Below, in pieces: positions 8,760-17,044 of a DNA stretch of 64,000 nt (the stretch's first letter is position 1; each line of letters starts with the position of its first letter). This stretch comes from Candidatus Odyssella sp. Lineage in GTDB: Bacteria; Pseudomonadota; Alphaproteobacteria; Paracaedibacterales; CAITNM01. The stretch covers positions 3,188 through 67,187 of the forward strand of contig DYTB01000002.1 of assembly GCA_020726185.1 (NCBI GenBank), read 5' to 3'. A program made the translations under genes and the position numbers. Under the pieces are notes generated by a model. That model was not told the DNA's origin, ran no database searches, and saw nothing but the letters and a program-made list of their open reading frames with translations.

Positions 8760-10229
8760 TTAGCCACCACGTCGCAAGAAAGCAGGAATATCAATAAGAT
8801 CATCCTTTTTCTGAGATGTTTGTTGAGCAAAATTTGTTTCAATCATAGGCCCCTGTTGTGAAGTTTTACGGCTAACGCCTGTAAAACGTTCAAAAAGACT
8901 AGGGCTTCTTTTTTTCTCTGTAGACTGATGCTCAATTGGTTGCATGTGGTCTGCAAAGCCTTTTGAAGTAATTTCTTCTGGAACATACTCTTCTGCAGTT
9001 GCACTGGGCATTTCGGAAGCTTCCTCAAAATTTTCAATGCTGGTTTCAGTTTGCTGGTAGTGATCTTGATCAGGCGCTAACTCATGAGCAGATTCTGCAT
9101 ACGTTGGTGTTGGGCTTTGAGTAGCGTTTTGGTTGAATCCAGAAAAAGCTGAAAACACATTGCCATTGGTCACTGGTCTTGTCACAGAAAAAGCATCATT
9201 TGTTGGCGCAGTCACAGTAGGGCGCGCTTGTTGATGTAAGTGCATAGAAGATGGCACTAATTCGCCAATACCAGTTGCCACAACAGATACGCGCATTCTG
9301 CCATTTAAACGCTCATCGAAAGTTGAACCAAAAATAATATTTGCTTCTGAGTCAACATCTTCACGAATGCGATTTGCGGCTTCGTCTACTTCATACAATG
9401 TCATGTCGTAGCCACCAGTAATGTTAATAAGAACGCCACGCGCGCCTTTCATAGAAACATCATCTAGAAGTGGGTTGGAAATTGCTGCTTCGGCTGCATC
9501 TAGTGCACGACGTTCGCCTTCGGCTTCGCCAGTTCCCATCATTGCTTTGCCCATTTCAGCCATTACAGCGCGAATATCTGCGAAGTCTAGGTTGATAAGA
9601 CCAGGCATAATCATTAGGTCTGTTACGCCACGCACGCCTGAATAAAGAACATCGTCAGCCATTTTGAATGCATCAGCAAAAGTTGTGCGTTCATTAGCAA
9701 GACGAAATAGGTTTTGGTTTGGAATAATGATTAGTGTATCAACATACTGCTGAAGCTCATCAATAGCGCCTTCAGCTGTGCGTGAACGGTGAGACCCTTC
9801 AAAATTAAATGGTCTTGTCACAACGCCAACTGTAAGCACGCCCATTTCACGAGCAGCACGCGCAATAACAGGAGCGGCACCACTACCAGTTCCACCACCC
9901 ATACCAGCAGTAATAAATAACATATTACTACCTTTAATAAGGTCTAGAATTTCTTCAATTGATTCTTCTGCTGATGCGCGGCCAACGTCTGGTTTTGAAC
10001 CTGCGCCAAGACCTTGAGTAACAGTTAATCCAAGTTGAATGCGTCGTTCTTTGGGAACAAGCGACTGAGTGAGAGCCTGAGCATCAGTATTTGCAATTAA
10101 AAATTCAACGCCTTCAAGCTTTGCGCGTATCATATTGTTAACGGCGTTTCCACCAGCTCCGCCGACACCAATAACGCTAATGCGTGGGCGTAATTCTAAT
10201 TCATCATGGATTAAGTTTGTTTTTGGCAT
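8760..10229 (-). CDS. ftsZ: cell division protein FtsZ
   Basis: [13 protein letters not shown], the [13 protein letters not shown] tubulin signature, a long disordered linker and the conserved C-terminal peptide [12 protein letters not shown]. Confidence 0.97.
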   Translation of the reverse strand: MPKTNLIHDELELRPRISVIGVGGAGGNAVNNMIRAKLEGVEFLIANTDAQALTQSLVPKERRIQLGLTVTQGLGAGSKPDVGRASAEESIEEILDLIKGSNMLFITAGMGGGTGSGAAPVIARAAREMGVLTVGVVTRPFNFEGSHRSRTAEGAIDELQQYVDTLIIIPNQNLFRLANERTTFADAFKMADDVLYSGVRGVTDLMIMPGLINLDFADIRAVMAEMGKAMMGTGEAEGERRALDAAEAAISNPLLDDVSMKGARGVLINITGGYDMTLYEVDEAANRIREDVDSEANIIFGSTFDERLNGRMRVSVVATGIGELVPSSMHLHQQARPTVTAPTNDAFSVTRPVTNGNVFSAFSGFNQNATQSPTPTYAESAHELAPDQDHYQQTETSIENFEEASEMPSATAEEYVPEEITSKGFADHMQPIEHQSTEKKRSPSLFERFTGVSRKTSQQGPMIETNFAQQTSQKKDDLIDIPAFLRRGG

Positions 10230-10494
10230 AACTAATCAACTTTATTTTTACCTTCTTTTATTGTACCGCGTCTTGCCAATTCTACAAGTGGGTTTTTCAC
10301 AGATTCGTAAGTTTTTTTGAAAAATATTATTCAAACGCAATATATCCATGTGTTTTTTTGGTAATAAAAATACAATTTTGATGTTTCTTTGAGGACCTAG
10401 GGGTAACTGTAAGTGATATTTTCTTCAAGTTCTTGTATTTTTTTTTTACTATTTAAGCTTTTTATAAAGAAACATTTTATTGGGAATACAATAC

Positions 10495-10704
10495 ATGACA
10501 CTAATTCGCCTATCTATTTTAGCAATAATACTTTTTGCAACAATGTTTGCGCCAATGAGCGCTGCTGCAGTGCCACCAGTTGCAGGGGGAGATGCAAAAG
10601 AAGCAGAAGGTGCAAATGCAGCAAATGACGAAGAAGAAGAAGATGATGATGACGAAGAAGATGAAGAAGATGATGATGGTGACGAAGAAGATGATGATGC
10701 ATAG
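10495..10704 (+). CDS. small secreted polyacidic protein
   Basis: From ATG 10495: MTLIRLSILAIILFATMFAPMSAAA (signal peptide), then NDEEEEDDDDEEDEEDDDGDEEDDDA. Low complexity. The antisense His/Leu ORF is an artefact of the GAA/GAT repeats. Confidence 0.5.
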   Translation: MTLIRLSILAIILFATMFAPMSAAAVPPVAGGDAKEAEGANAANDEEEEDDDDEEDEEDDDGDEEDDDA

Positions 10705-10783
10705 TTTTTCTTGAAATAAACACTTTTTTAATACTTATCGCTATATAATTAATTTGTGTAAATTAATCAAGTTAATTATATAG

Positions 10784-11014
10784 TGGTTCATTTTTCAGTA
10801 TTTTACTTTTGCTAAAAAAAATGAAACAGATACGCCTGACGATGGTTCAGAAGAACCAGAGGTTGATGAAGCTGATACCAGCGAAGATAATGCAGCAGAT
10901 GATGGCAGTAAACAAGAAGATAAAAATCTAACTGAATCAGAAAATAGCAAAACCTCAGAACCAGAAGAAAAAATAACAAATGAAGTTGCCAATATTACAA
11001 AAATGTTTGGTTAA
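10784..11014 (+). pseudogene. remnant of an acidic-protein paralog (open frame without a usable start codon)
   Basis: A 76-codon frame is open from just after TAG 10781-10783. It reads ...ETDTPDDGSEEPEVDEADTSEDNAADDGSKQED.... It shares the DEADTS block with the next gene. There is no ATG/GTG/TTG until its last codons, and an A8 run sits at 10814-10821. Confidence 0.3.
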
Positions 11015-11048
11015 ATATGATTATTAAAAGCAAAAAAGGTTGGTCGGT

Positions 11049-11435
11049 ATGAAAGTCATTTATTATACGTTGCTTGGCATTTTATTATGTGGCGGGAATA
11101 TTTATGCATCAGATGATGCTGACCCTGATGATTCAGCGGATGTGGAGTCAAGTGATGAAGCGGACACATCAGTGGATGATGCTACTGATCCTGTTGATGA
11201 TATAGCCCCACCAGATGATAATGCAGCGTCAGATGATGACAGTAACGGTAATCCAGATGCTGATGACGCACCTCAGGATGCTGATGACGCATCTTCAGAT
11301 GATGTTGCCAACGATGAATCGCAAAAAGCTGCTGACGCAAAAAAGAAGGCTGACGCAAAAAAGAATAAATCTGCAGGAAATAAAAGAAAATCTTCTTCTC
11401 AAGGAGGTTCATCTGCTAAAAGGGCCAAACATTAA
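11049..11435 (+). CDS. secreted polyacidic protein with a basic C-terminal tail
   Basis: MKVIYYTLLGILLCGGNIYA signal peptide, ~75 aa of D/S/A/P-rich sequence, then KKKADAKKNKSAGNKRKSSSQGGSSAKRAKH. The track start (11040) is an upstream TTG. Confidence 0.55.
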   Translation: MKVIYYTLLGILLCGGNIYASDDADPDDSADVESSDEADTSVDDATDPVDDIAPPDDNAASDDDSNGNPDADDAPQDADDASSDDVANDESQKAADAKKKADAKKNKSAGNKRKSSSQGGSSAKRAKH

Positions 11436-11455
11436 TAAAGAACTTCAAGAAAAAG

Positions 11456-11484
11456 AGCCGGGTTTTTACTCGGCTTTTTTATTT
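11456..11484 (+). terminator. possible terminator hairpin after the acidic-protein gene
   Basis: AGCCG (11456-11460) and CGGCT (11471-11475) form a stem, followed by a T-run. The stem is short and it overlaps the 3-prime end of the convergent symporter gene. Confidence 0.35.
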
Positions 11485-12659
11485 ACAATTAATGTTACGC
11501 AGGCATCAGACCAAATATTGATGGCACTTTCTAGCATATCAAGAAGGGCATAAAAGGGCAGTATAACCCCCATCATCGTGATAGGGACCCCCATAGCTGT
11601 AAGAAGAGCGCAGCTTAGGAAAAAGCACCCCATAGGAACACCAGCATTACCTATAGCTGCAATACTTGCCATTGCAATCCACAGAATACGTTCTAAGAAA
11701 GTGAAGTGGACTCCGTAGTTTTCTGCAACAAACAAAACCGTAATCAATATAAATGCCGCGCAAGCGTTCATGTTTATACTGGTACACAAGGGAAAGCTAA
11801 ATTGGCTAACCTTGTTGCTTACCCCACAACGGTGACTGCACTGCATAGCAAGCGGCATGGCCGCTGCCGATGATTTTGAAAAAAAGGCTAAAGAAAGGGC
11901 AGGGAGCATTGTTTTGAATGCCTGCAGTGGGGGAATGCCATTTTTCTTAAGCATTAACGGCAAGGTAACGCTAGCTTGAATAAGGTTTGCTGCAATAATA
12001 ATGCCTAGATACGAAGCAAGTTCGCCTATTTTTAACCCCTTTTGTACTTCTTGGGTAAATTCCACAATGAATGCCCATACAGCAAATGGCATTAAAGCAG
12101 TGATCCACCTGATGATAACCATGATAGCTGAAAATAAACTATCAAAAAGCTGATGCAAGTAATCACGTTTTTCTGATGGCAGCTGCACCACAGCAAAGCT
12201 TAAAAAGACTGTAATGAACATAACGCCCATGACGTTGTGTTCCAAAAAAGGTTGCAATATATTACTTGGAAAAATATTAAGCAAGGCATTTAGGTACGAT
12301 GCATCTTTTATGCCTGCCATATCTGGTATGGTAGTTACTTGAATAGCAGCTTCTGGCTCAACGATAATATACAAAGTCCAAGCTGTAATTGCCGATAATA
12401 AGGTTGTTATGACAGTGTATCGAATGACATGTTGACCAAGATTTTTTATTTCAGACCATTTTCCCATACCCGTTAAGGTTGCAAGTAAAGAAAAACTAAT
12501 GATTGGCAAGCTAACTAATTTTAGTAAACGCATAAAAACATCGCTTAAAATACGAGCGAACTCTAAAACCTGTGGTTGTTGAGAAATTCCCGCGAGCACA
12601 CCAAGAGCGACCATTACCATCAAAAATTTGAAAGATCTTATAATTTTTATCATTAGCAC
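11466..12659 (-). CDS. dicarboxylate/amino acid:cation symporter (DAACS family, GltP/DctA-like)
   Basis: 397 aa, polytopic. It has the SSAAAMPL motif and the AIGNAGVP...ALLDMLESAIN pattern typical of the sodium:dicarboxylate symporter family. Confidence 0.85.
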   Translation of the reverse strand: MLMIKIIRSFKFLMVMVALGVLAGISQQPQVLEFARILSDVFMRLLKLVSLPIISFSLLATLTGMGKWSEIKNLGQHVIRYTVITTLLSAITAWTLYIIVEPEAAIQVTTIPDMAGIKDASYLNALLNIFPSNILQPFLEHNVMGVMFITVFLSFAVVQLPSEKRDYLHQLFDSLFSAIMVIIRWITALMPFAVWAFIVEFTQEVQKGLKIGELASYLGIIIAANLIQASVTLPLMLKKNGIPPLQAFKTMLPALSLAFFSKSSAAAMPLAMQCSHRCGVSNKVSQFSFPLCTSINMNACAAFILITVLFVAENYGVHFTFLERILWIAMASIAAIGNAGVPMGCFFLSCALLTAMGVPITMMGVILPFYALLDMLESAINIWSDACVTLIVNKKAE

Positions 12660-12725
12660 TCGGGAAATATGTTTAGTGTAATTTAGCTAATTAGTGGTAC
12701 TTTGGCAAAGTACATATTTTCCAGC

Positions 12726-12754
12726 TGGACAAGGTTCTTATTTCGGGTTATAAA
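12726..12754 (+). promoter_or_regulatory. putative sigma70-type promoter for tRNA-Phe
   Basis: TGGACA (12726-12731), a 17-nt spacer and TATAAA (12749-12754), 12 nt upstream of the tRNA 5-prime end. Confidence 0.35.
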
Positions 12755-12766
12755 CGTCTTTATGTT

Positions 12767-12842
12767 GCCCAGATAGCTCAGTTGGTAGAGCAAGGGATTG
12801 AAGATCCCTGTGTCGCTGGTTCGATTCCGGCTCTGGGCACCA
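12767..12842 (+). tRNA. tRNA-Phe (anticodon GAA)
   Basis: GCCCAGATAGCTCAGTTGGTAGAGCAAGGGATTGAAGATCCCTGTGTCGCTGGTTCGATTCCGGCTCTGGGCACCA. A 76-nt cloverleaf with anticodon loop TTGAAGA and an encoded CCA. Confidence 0.95.
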
Positions 12843-12950
12843 TTTCTCGTATTATTTCACAAAAAAGTTTATTTTTTATTAATTTTTCTATTGAAATTTT
12901 CAAAAATCGTCCTACAACTATAGTAGGTAAATTATAAATGGAGATTTAGT

Positions 12951-13163
12951 ATGATGGTTTCTGGCGAAGTGGGAAATCTGCAAATGCAGCTTCAAAAGCT
13001 TAGAAAGCAGCAAACTGATCTCGATCATCAGTTAGATGGTGCAGTACGCAGTAATTCTGGTGTTCTTAATTTTGATTTTTTCAAAATCAAGAAGCAAAAG
13101 AATGAAGTTCGTGACCAGGTTATTAAAATTCACGGAATGTTAAGGCCAGATATTATTGCTTAA
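12951..13163 (+). CDS. small coiled-coil protein, DUF465/YdcH-like
   Basis: 70 aa. LQKLRKQQTDLDHQL...FKIKKQKNEVRDQVIKIHGMLRPDIIA resembles the small alpha-proteobacterial DUF465 proteins. Tentative. Confidence 0.45.
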   Translation: MMVSGEVGNLQMQLQKLRKQQTDLDHQLDGAVRSNSGVLNFDFFKIKKQKNEVRDQVIKIHGMLRPDIIA

Positions 13164-13597
13164 TCGCGATGATAGGGATGATTACACATAATTTGCTGTG
13201 CACGGTAAAGTTGTTCTACAAAAAGAGCGCGCACCAATAGGTGTGGCCAGGTTAGTTTTCCAAATGATATGCTGAAGCTTGCCAGGAGTTTAATTTCTTC
13301 TGGAATGCCGTCGGCACCACCAATAATGAAACTTAGCTGTTTGCCTGTTTGGCTGTAGATTTCTAGTTTTTGAGCAAAAGACCTGCTTGAAAGATTTTCG
13401 CCGCCTTCATCTAAAATAATAACAATATCTTTTTCGGATAATGATTTCAGATAAGCCGATGCAGGTATTCGCTTGTCTTGTCGGCTTTCTATTTCAATGA
13501 CTTTTAATTTGTAGTTTAAACGTTTGGTATATTGGTCAAACAAAGCTTTCTCAGGACCGCTTTTTAACAGTTCCACGGCAATAATTTGAACCTTCAT
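13160..13597 (-). CDS. rlmH: 23S rRNA (pseudouridine1915-N3)-methyltransferase RlmH
   Basis: MKVQIIAV...ILDEGGENLSSRSFA...SFIIGGADGIPEE...SFGKLTWPHLLVRALFVEQLYRA...HPYHR is the SPOUT RlmH signature. I chose the start at the ATG overlapping the rsfS stop (TAATG). Confidence 0.9.
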   Translation of the reverse strand: MKVQIIAVELLKSGPEKALFDQYTKRLNYKLKVIEIESRQDKRIPASAYLKSLSEKDIVIILDEGGENLSSRSFAQKLEIYSQTGKQLSFIIGGADGIPEEIKLLASFSISFGKLTWPHLLVRALFVEQLYRAQQIMCNHPYHRD

Positions 13598-13962
13598 TAA
13601 TGTACGGCAGAAGTGGGCGTTTCGGCTTGTTCCGACATAATGCTTCCCCACATTTTTTCTAGATTATAAAAGTCTCGTGCTTCTGGGCGGAATAGATGCA
13701 CAATAATATCACCAGCGTCCACAACCACCCAATCAGTAGGTGGTGTACCATCAACGATAGGTATAATGCCCTGACGCTTTAATTCAATGCCGATATGTTC
13801 CGCAATAGCATACAGCTGTCGAGATGATTGAGCTGAAGCAATAAGTAAATAATCAGCAAGAATAGATTTTTTTTGCAAATCAATTACGCTTACATGCTCT
13901 GCCTTCTTGTCATCAAGAAGTGCAATTAATTGTTCTTTCAGGCTTTCCGTTGATACTACCAT
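13597..13962 (-). CDS. rsfS: ribosome silencing factor RsfS (iojap)
   Basis: 121 aa. LDDKKAEHVSVIDL...ADYLLIASAQSSRQLYAIAEHI...DWVVVDAGDIIVHLFRPEARDFYNLEKMW is typical RsfS. Confidence 0.9.
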   Translation of the reverse strand: MVVSTESLKEQLIALLDDKKAEHVSVIDLQKKSILADYLLIASAQSSRQLYAIAEHIGIELKRQGIIPIVDGTPPTDWVVVDAGDIIVHLFRPEARDFYNLEKMWGSIMSEQAETPTSAVH

Positions 13963-13997
13963 GTGGCAAACTTAAAAATAATAATTCCCTATATTAC

Positions 13998-14387
13998 GTG
14001 GACAATCAGATTTTGCAACGTATTATTTTACTTTTATTATATTTATGTCCAATTAATGCAGCAAAATTCCCCGGATTTGTTTCTGTTGCGATAGTTGATA
14101 CCTATACTGGAAAAAGCGAAAGAATTTTGCTTGAGCTTGGAAAAGTGCTTAATGATGAGCGACACTTATTTGAGATTAAGGCGAAATCTATTGATGCTGA
14201 TGAAGAAAATCCTAATGTTGCTTGGGTTGATATAGAAATACATTATTTACGAGCAAAAAAGAATGTTCCTAGCTGTGTGCAACTTGGGAAGCTGTGCACC
14301 AATCAAATTTATAGGTTTGAAAATACACGATACATTATTGGCTTTGATATATTACCTCACTTAGATGATGAAGTGTATTCGCAATAA
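13998..14387 (+). CDS. hypothetical small secreted protein
   Basis: GTG 13998 gives (M)DNQILQRIILLLLYLCPINA, which is signal-like. The upstream part of the track ORF overlaps rsfS on the opposite strand. No family recognised. Confidence 0.35.
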   Translation: MDNQILQRIILLLLYLCPINAAKFPGFVSVAIVDTYTGKSERILLELGKVLNDERHLFEIKAKSIDADEENPNVAWVDIEIHYLRAKKNVPSCVQLGKLCTNQIYRFENTRYIIGFDILPHLDDEVYSQ

Positions 14388-14392
14388 GTGCT

Positions 14393-15040
14393 TTAAGCCA
14401 AGCTTTCGGTCTTTACTAATAGCCAAATAGGACCAGATTCTTTTAGATCTTTTTCAAAGGTCCAACGGTCAATCATACGATTTGTAATAAGGTTGGTGTT
14501 ATCAATGATTTCACCGGCCTTATTCGTTGTGGTAACAACCTGATCACTGGTAAAGCGAACTAAAATTTGAGCAATCGTTTTTGCTAAGATAATGTCTTCA
14601 ATTTCAACGTCTACGTCTTTTATGTCGATATTCATAGTTTCTTTTTGTTTTGTCCGCGTTTTAATTGCCGCTTGAAACCCCTTTAACACCTTTGGACCAA
14701 CCAGCTGTTCTAAGCGTTCAGTGTTTCCGTTGGCAAAAGCTTGCACAACTGCGCGAAAAGCGTTTACTGATCCTGCTTGAAAACGATCAAGTGAAAAGTC
14801 TTTAATAGATTTTTTAATAGTTTTTAGCTGACTGATAAAAGGCTCAGGAACAGAAATAGCAACTTCCGGTTCAGCATGTTGTCCTGTACTTTTTTGAGGC
14901 AAAATAATGACGTTATCATCAATAGTTTCTGGGCGTGACCATTGACGCTGTTTTTCGCTACCAGTGCGGGTGCCAAGAACGCCCCACAAACGGTATGCTA
15001 AATAAACTGACAACACTGCAAACAGAAGGATCTCTACCAT
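14393..15040 (-). CDS. Tim44-like domain protein
   Basis: N-terminal TM MVEILLFAVLSVYLAYRLWGVLG and a C-terminal FSLDRFQAGSVNAFRAVVQAFANGN...VRFTSDQV...RWTFEKD...PIWLLV pattern typical of alpha-proteobacterial Tim44 homologs. Confidence 0.8.
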   Translation of the reverse strand: MVEILLFAVLSVYLAYRLWGVLGTRTGSEKQRQWSRPETIDDNVIILPQKSTGQHAEPEVAISVPEPFISQLKTIKKSIKDFSLDRFQAGSVNAFRAVVQAFANGNTERLEQLVGPKVLKGFQAAIKTRTKQKETMNIDIKDVDVEIEDIILAKTIAQILVRFTSDQVVTTTNKAGEIIDNTNLITNRMIDRWTFEKDLKESGPIWLLVKTESLA

Positions 15041-15096
15041 ATTTTTTTCCTATGCTAAGCTACAGCATTATGCCTTAGCTTTATGAGCCTGTATAT

Positions 15097-15849
15097 ATGG
15101 AACACGACCACAACACTGACTATACTGATTTTGGCTTTAAAAGCGTTAAATCAAAGTTAAAAACTGGATTAGTTAGCGATTTATTTTCGCGTGTATCTAA
15201 TCAGTATGATGTGATGAATGATGTCATGAGCTTTGGATTACATCGATGTTGGAAGAAATCATTCATTGAAAAATTAGCTTTAAAGCCAAATATGAAAATT
15301 TTGGATGTTGCCGGAGGCACCGGAGACATTGCTATTCGCATTGCTAAAGATAAAGCTTATTTAGCGCCCCAGGTGACCGTTTGTGATCTTACCTATGATA
15401 TGGTGTGCCAAGGGAAAGATAAGGCCATTAATGCGGGAGTATTGGGCATTAGGTGGCATATTGGGAATGCGGAAAAACTTCCTTATGCTGATGCAAGCTT
15501 TGATAGGGTCACAATTGCTTTTGGTCTTCGCAATGTTACCAATAAAGATGCAGCACTGAATGAAATGGCTAGAGTTTTAAAACCAGGAGGTACATTAAGC
15601 TGCCTAGAGTTTTCACCGCCCGAGGGGGTCCTGAAACCATTTTATGATCTATATTCATTCAAAGTTATCCCGTGGGTTGGAGAACGTATTGCCAAAGACA
15701 GGGAGGCTTATCAGTATTTAGTAGAAAGCATTCGTCAGTTTCCAAAACCAAGTATTCTGCGTGAAATGATATTGAACCATGGCTTTTCAACATGCGCTTA
15801 CGAAAAATGGACTGGCGGTATAGTGGCTTTGCACCAATCTACGCGCTAG
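15097..15849 (+). CDS. ubiE: ubiquinone/menaquinone biosynthesis C-methyltransferase UbiE
   Basis: YDVMNDVMSFGLHRCWK, LDVAGGTGDIA, ITIAFGLRNV, VLKPGG...CLEFS and YLVESIR.FP motifs. Confidence 0.9.
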   Translation: MEHDHNTDYTDFGFKSVKSKLKTGLVSDLFSRVSNQYDVMNDVMSFGLHRCWKKSFIEKLALKPNMKILDVAGGTGDIAIRIAKDKAYLAPQVTVCDLTYDMVCQGKDKAINAGVLGIRWHIGNAEKLPYADASFDRVTIAFGLRNVTNKDAALNEMARVLKPGGTLSCLEFSPPEGVLKPFYDLYSFKVIPWVGERIAKDREAYQYLVESIRQFPKPSILREMILNHGFSTCAYEKWTGGIVALHQSTR

Positions 15850-16918
15850 GTAGATGCGATAACGCTTGACTAAAACCTTTCATTTTATCAAGTTCTACAT
15901 CAAGCGCTGAGTTTGCGTTTGTCGCTGCCGGAGAGCCAGAAACTGGAGCAGAAGAAGAGGGAACAGCAGCACTTGCAGCAACCCGATGATCTGGTTCAGC
16001 AGCTTGCGCTTTTAGCACCTCGGTTTGTGCTGAAGTTAATTTATTTGGCCTGATAATAACCGGCGCACTACTATCTGAGTAAATAACTTTAATTCCTTCT
16101 TTTTCTTCAGTAACAGAAGTCCCAACCAAAGAGTGTTGCGGATCTGCTGCCATACCTGCATACAATTTCACTACACCATCATCGTTAGCTGCTGATGCTG
16201 GAATTGCAGCCAAAGCATTCTGAGCAACAATAGCAAGTTCATCGGCTTTGTTTTGTTTTGCTACAGATTCTTGCGTAGCTTCTGCTACACGCTGTGCAGC
16301 TTCATTGGCTTTTTGTGTGGAATCAACGAGAGATTCGTTTGCAATTTTTTGAGCTTCTGCTGCTGCTTTTGCTGTCTCTATGGCGCTTTGAGCTACTTTT
16401 TGCTCTGCAGCAATAATTTTTGGATCTGTTGGTTGAGCGCTGATAGGGGTCACACCATTTGCAGCCGCAAGAGCTTTTTGACCAGGCTTCACACCACAAC
16501 TACATGCTACGGGTGGTGTTATATTGCCATACTGCACACTAGTTTGAGCACTTTGTTGTGGAAAGGTAGCAACGCTACCATTAGAATTCACAAAACCACT
16601 ACTAATATGCTGCTGAGGGCTAGCACCAGGAACAAATCCAGGTTGCATTGCTTGCTGAGGCACCATCGCTTGACCAATGGGCTGCATTGGTGCGCGTTGC
16701 ATATAAGGATTCACGCCTTGCTGTGGCCATGTCATTGGATAAGCTGGCGGAGCGTAATAAGGATAAAGTGGCGGAGCGTAAGGATATGGAGGTGGCGCTA
16801 GTTTTTGTGCATCGTAGTTTTGCCCATTTGATCCTGGTTTTGCGCAGCTAATTGGCGCTTGTGCTGCACTTAATGTGCTTAGAATCACGCTCCATAAAAT
16901 CATCAATGTAATTTTCAT
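15839..16918 (-). CDS. secreted Pro/Gln/Ala-rich protein with tandem PPxY motifs
   Basis: From ATG 16918: MKITLMILWSVILSTLSAAQA signal peptide, then APPPYPYAPPLYPYYAPPAYP, a Q/P/M-rich segment and a long Ala/Gln-rich helical region. The antisense ORFs 16253-16801 and 16648-16851 are composition artefacts. Confidence 0.55.
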   Translation of the reverse strand: MKITLMILWSVILSTLSAAQAPISCAKPGSNGQNYDAQKLAPPPYPYAPPLYPYYAPPAYPMTWPQQGVNPYMQRAPMQPIGQAMVPQQAMQPGFVPGASPQQHISSGFVNSNGSVATFPQQSAQTSVQYGNITPPVACSCGVKPGQKALAAANGVTPISAQPTDPKIIAAEQKVAQSAIETAKAAAEAQKIANESLVDSTQKANEAAQRVAEATQESVAKQNKADELAIVAQNALAAIPASAANDDGVVKLYAGMAADPQHSLVGTSVTEEKEGIKVIYSDSSAPVIIRPNKLTSAQTEVLKAQAAEPDHRVAASAAVPSSSAPVSGSPAATNANSALDVELDKMKGFSQALSHLPSA

Positions 16919-17044
16919 AATCTTTGACACTTCTTTGCTTAAATACCATTGTGGCACCATAGTGTAAAAAAAAGGTTAATAGGAATTCATGACAGTTAAG
17001 TTGTAATTCGCTATGATGCGATAAAATATAAATGTCATATAAAA

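Noticed and set aside
12653-12680. Perfect CIRCE left half-site TTAGCACTC at 12653-12661
   Set aside because: The expected right arm GAGTGCTAA is absent; only a degenerate TAGTGTAA follows after a longer spacer. The 9-mer overlaps the start codon region of the symporter gene. A single 9-mer match is within chance expectation.
16253-16851. Plus-strand ORFs with Cys/Leu/Trp-rich translations. Similar cases occur at 10514-10723, 11182-11553, 25993-26388, 53550-53937 and 47377-47829.
   Set aside because: All are antisense or alternate frames of low-complexity (Ala/Gln/Pro, Asp/Glu or Lys/Glu-rich) genes. Such repetitive codon usage keeps other frames open by chance.
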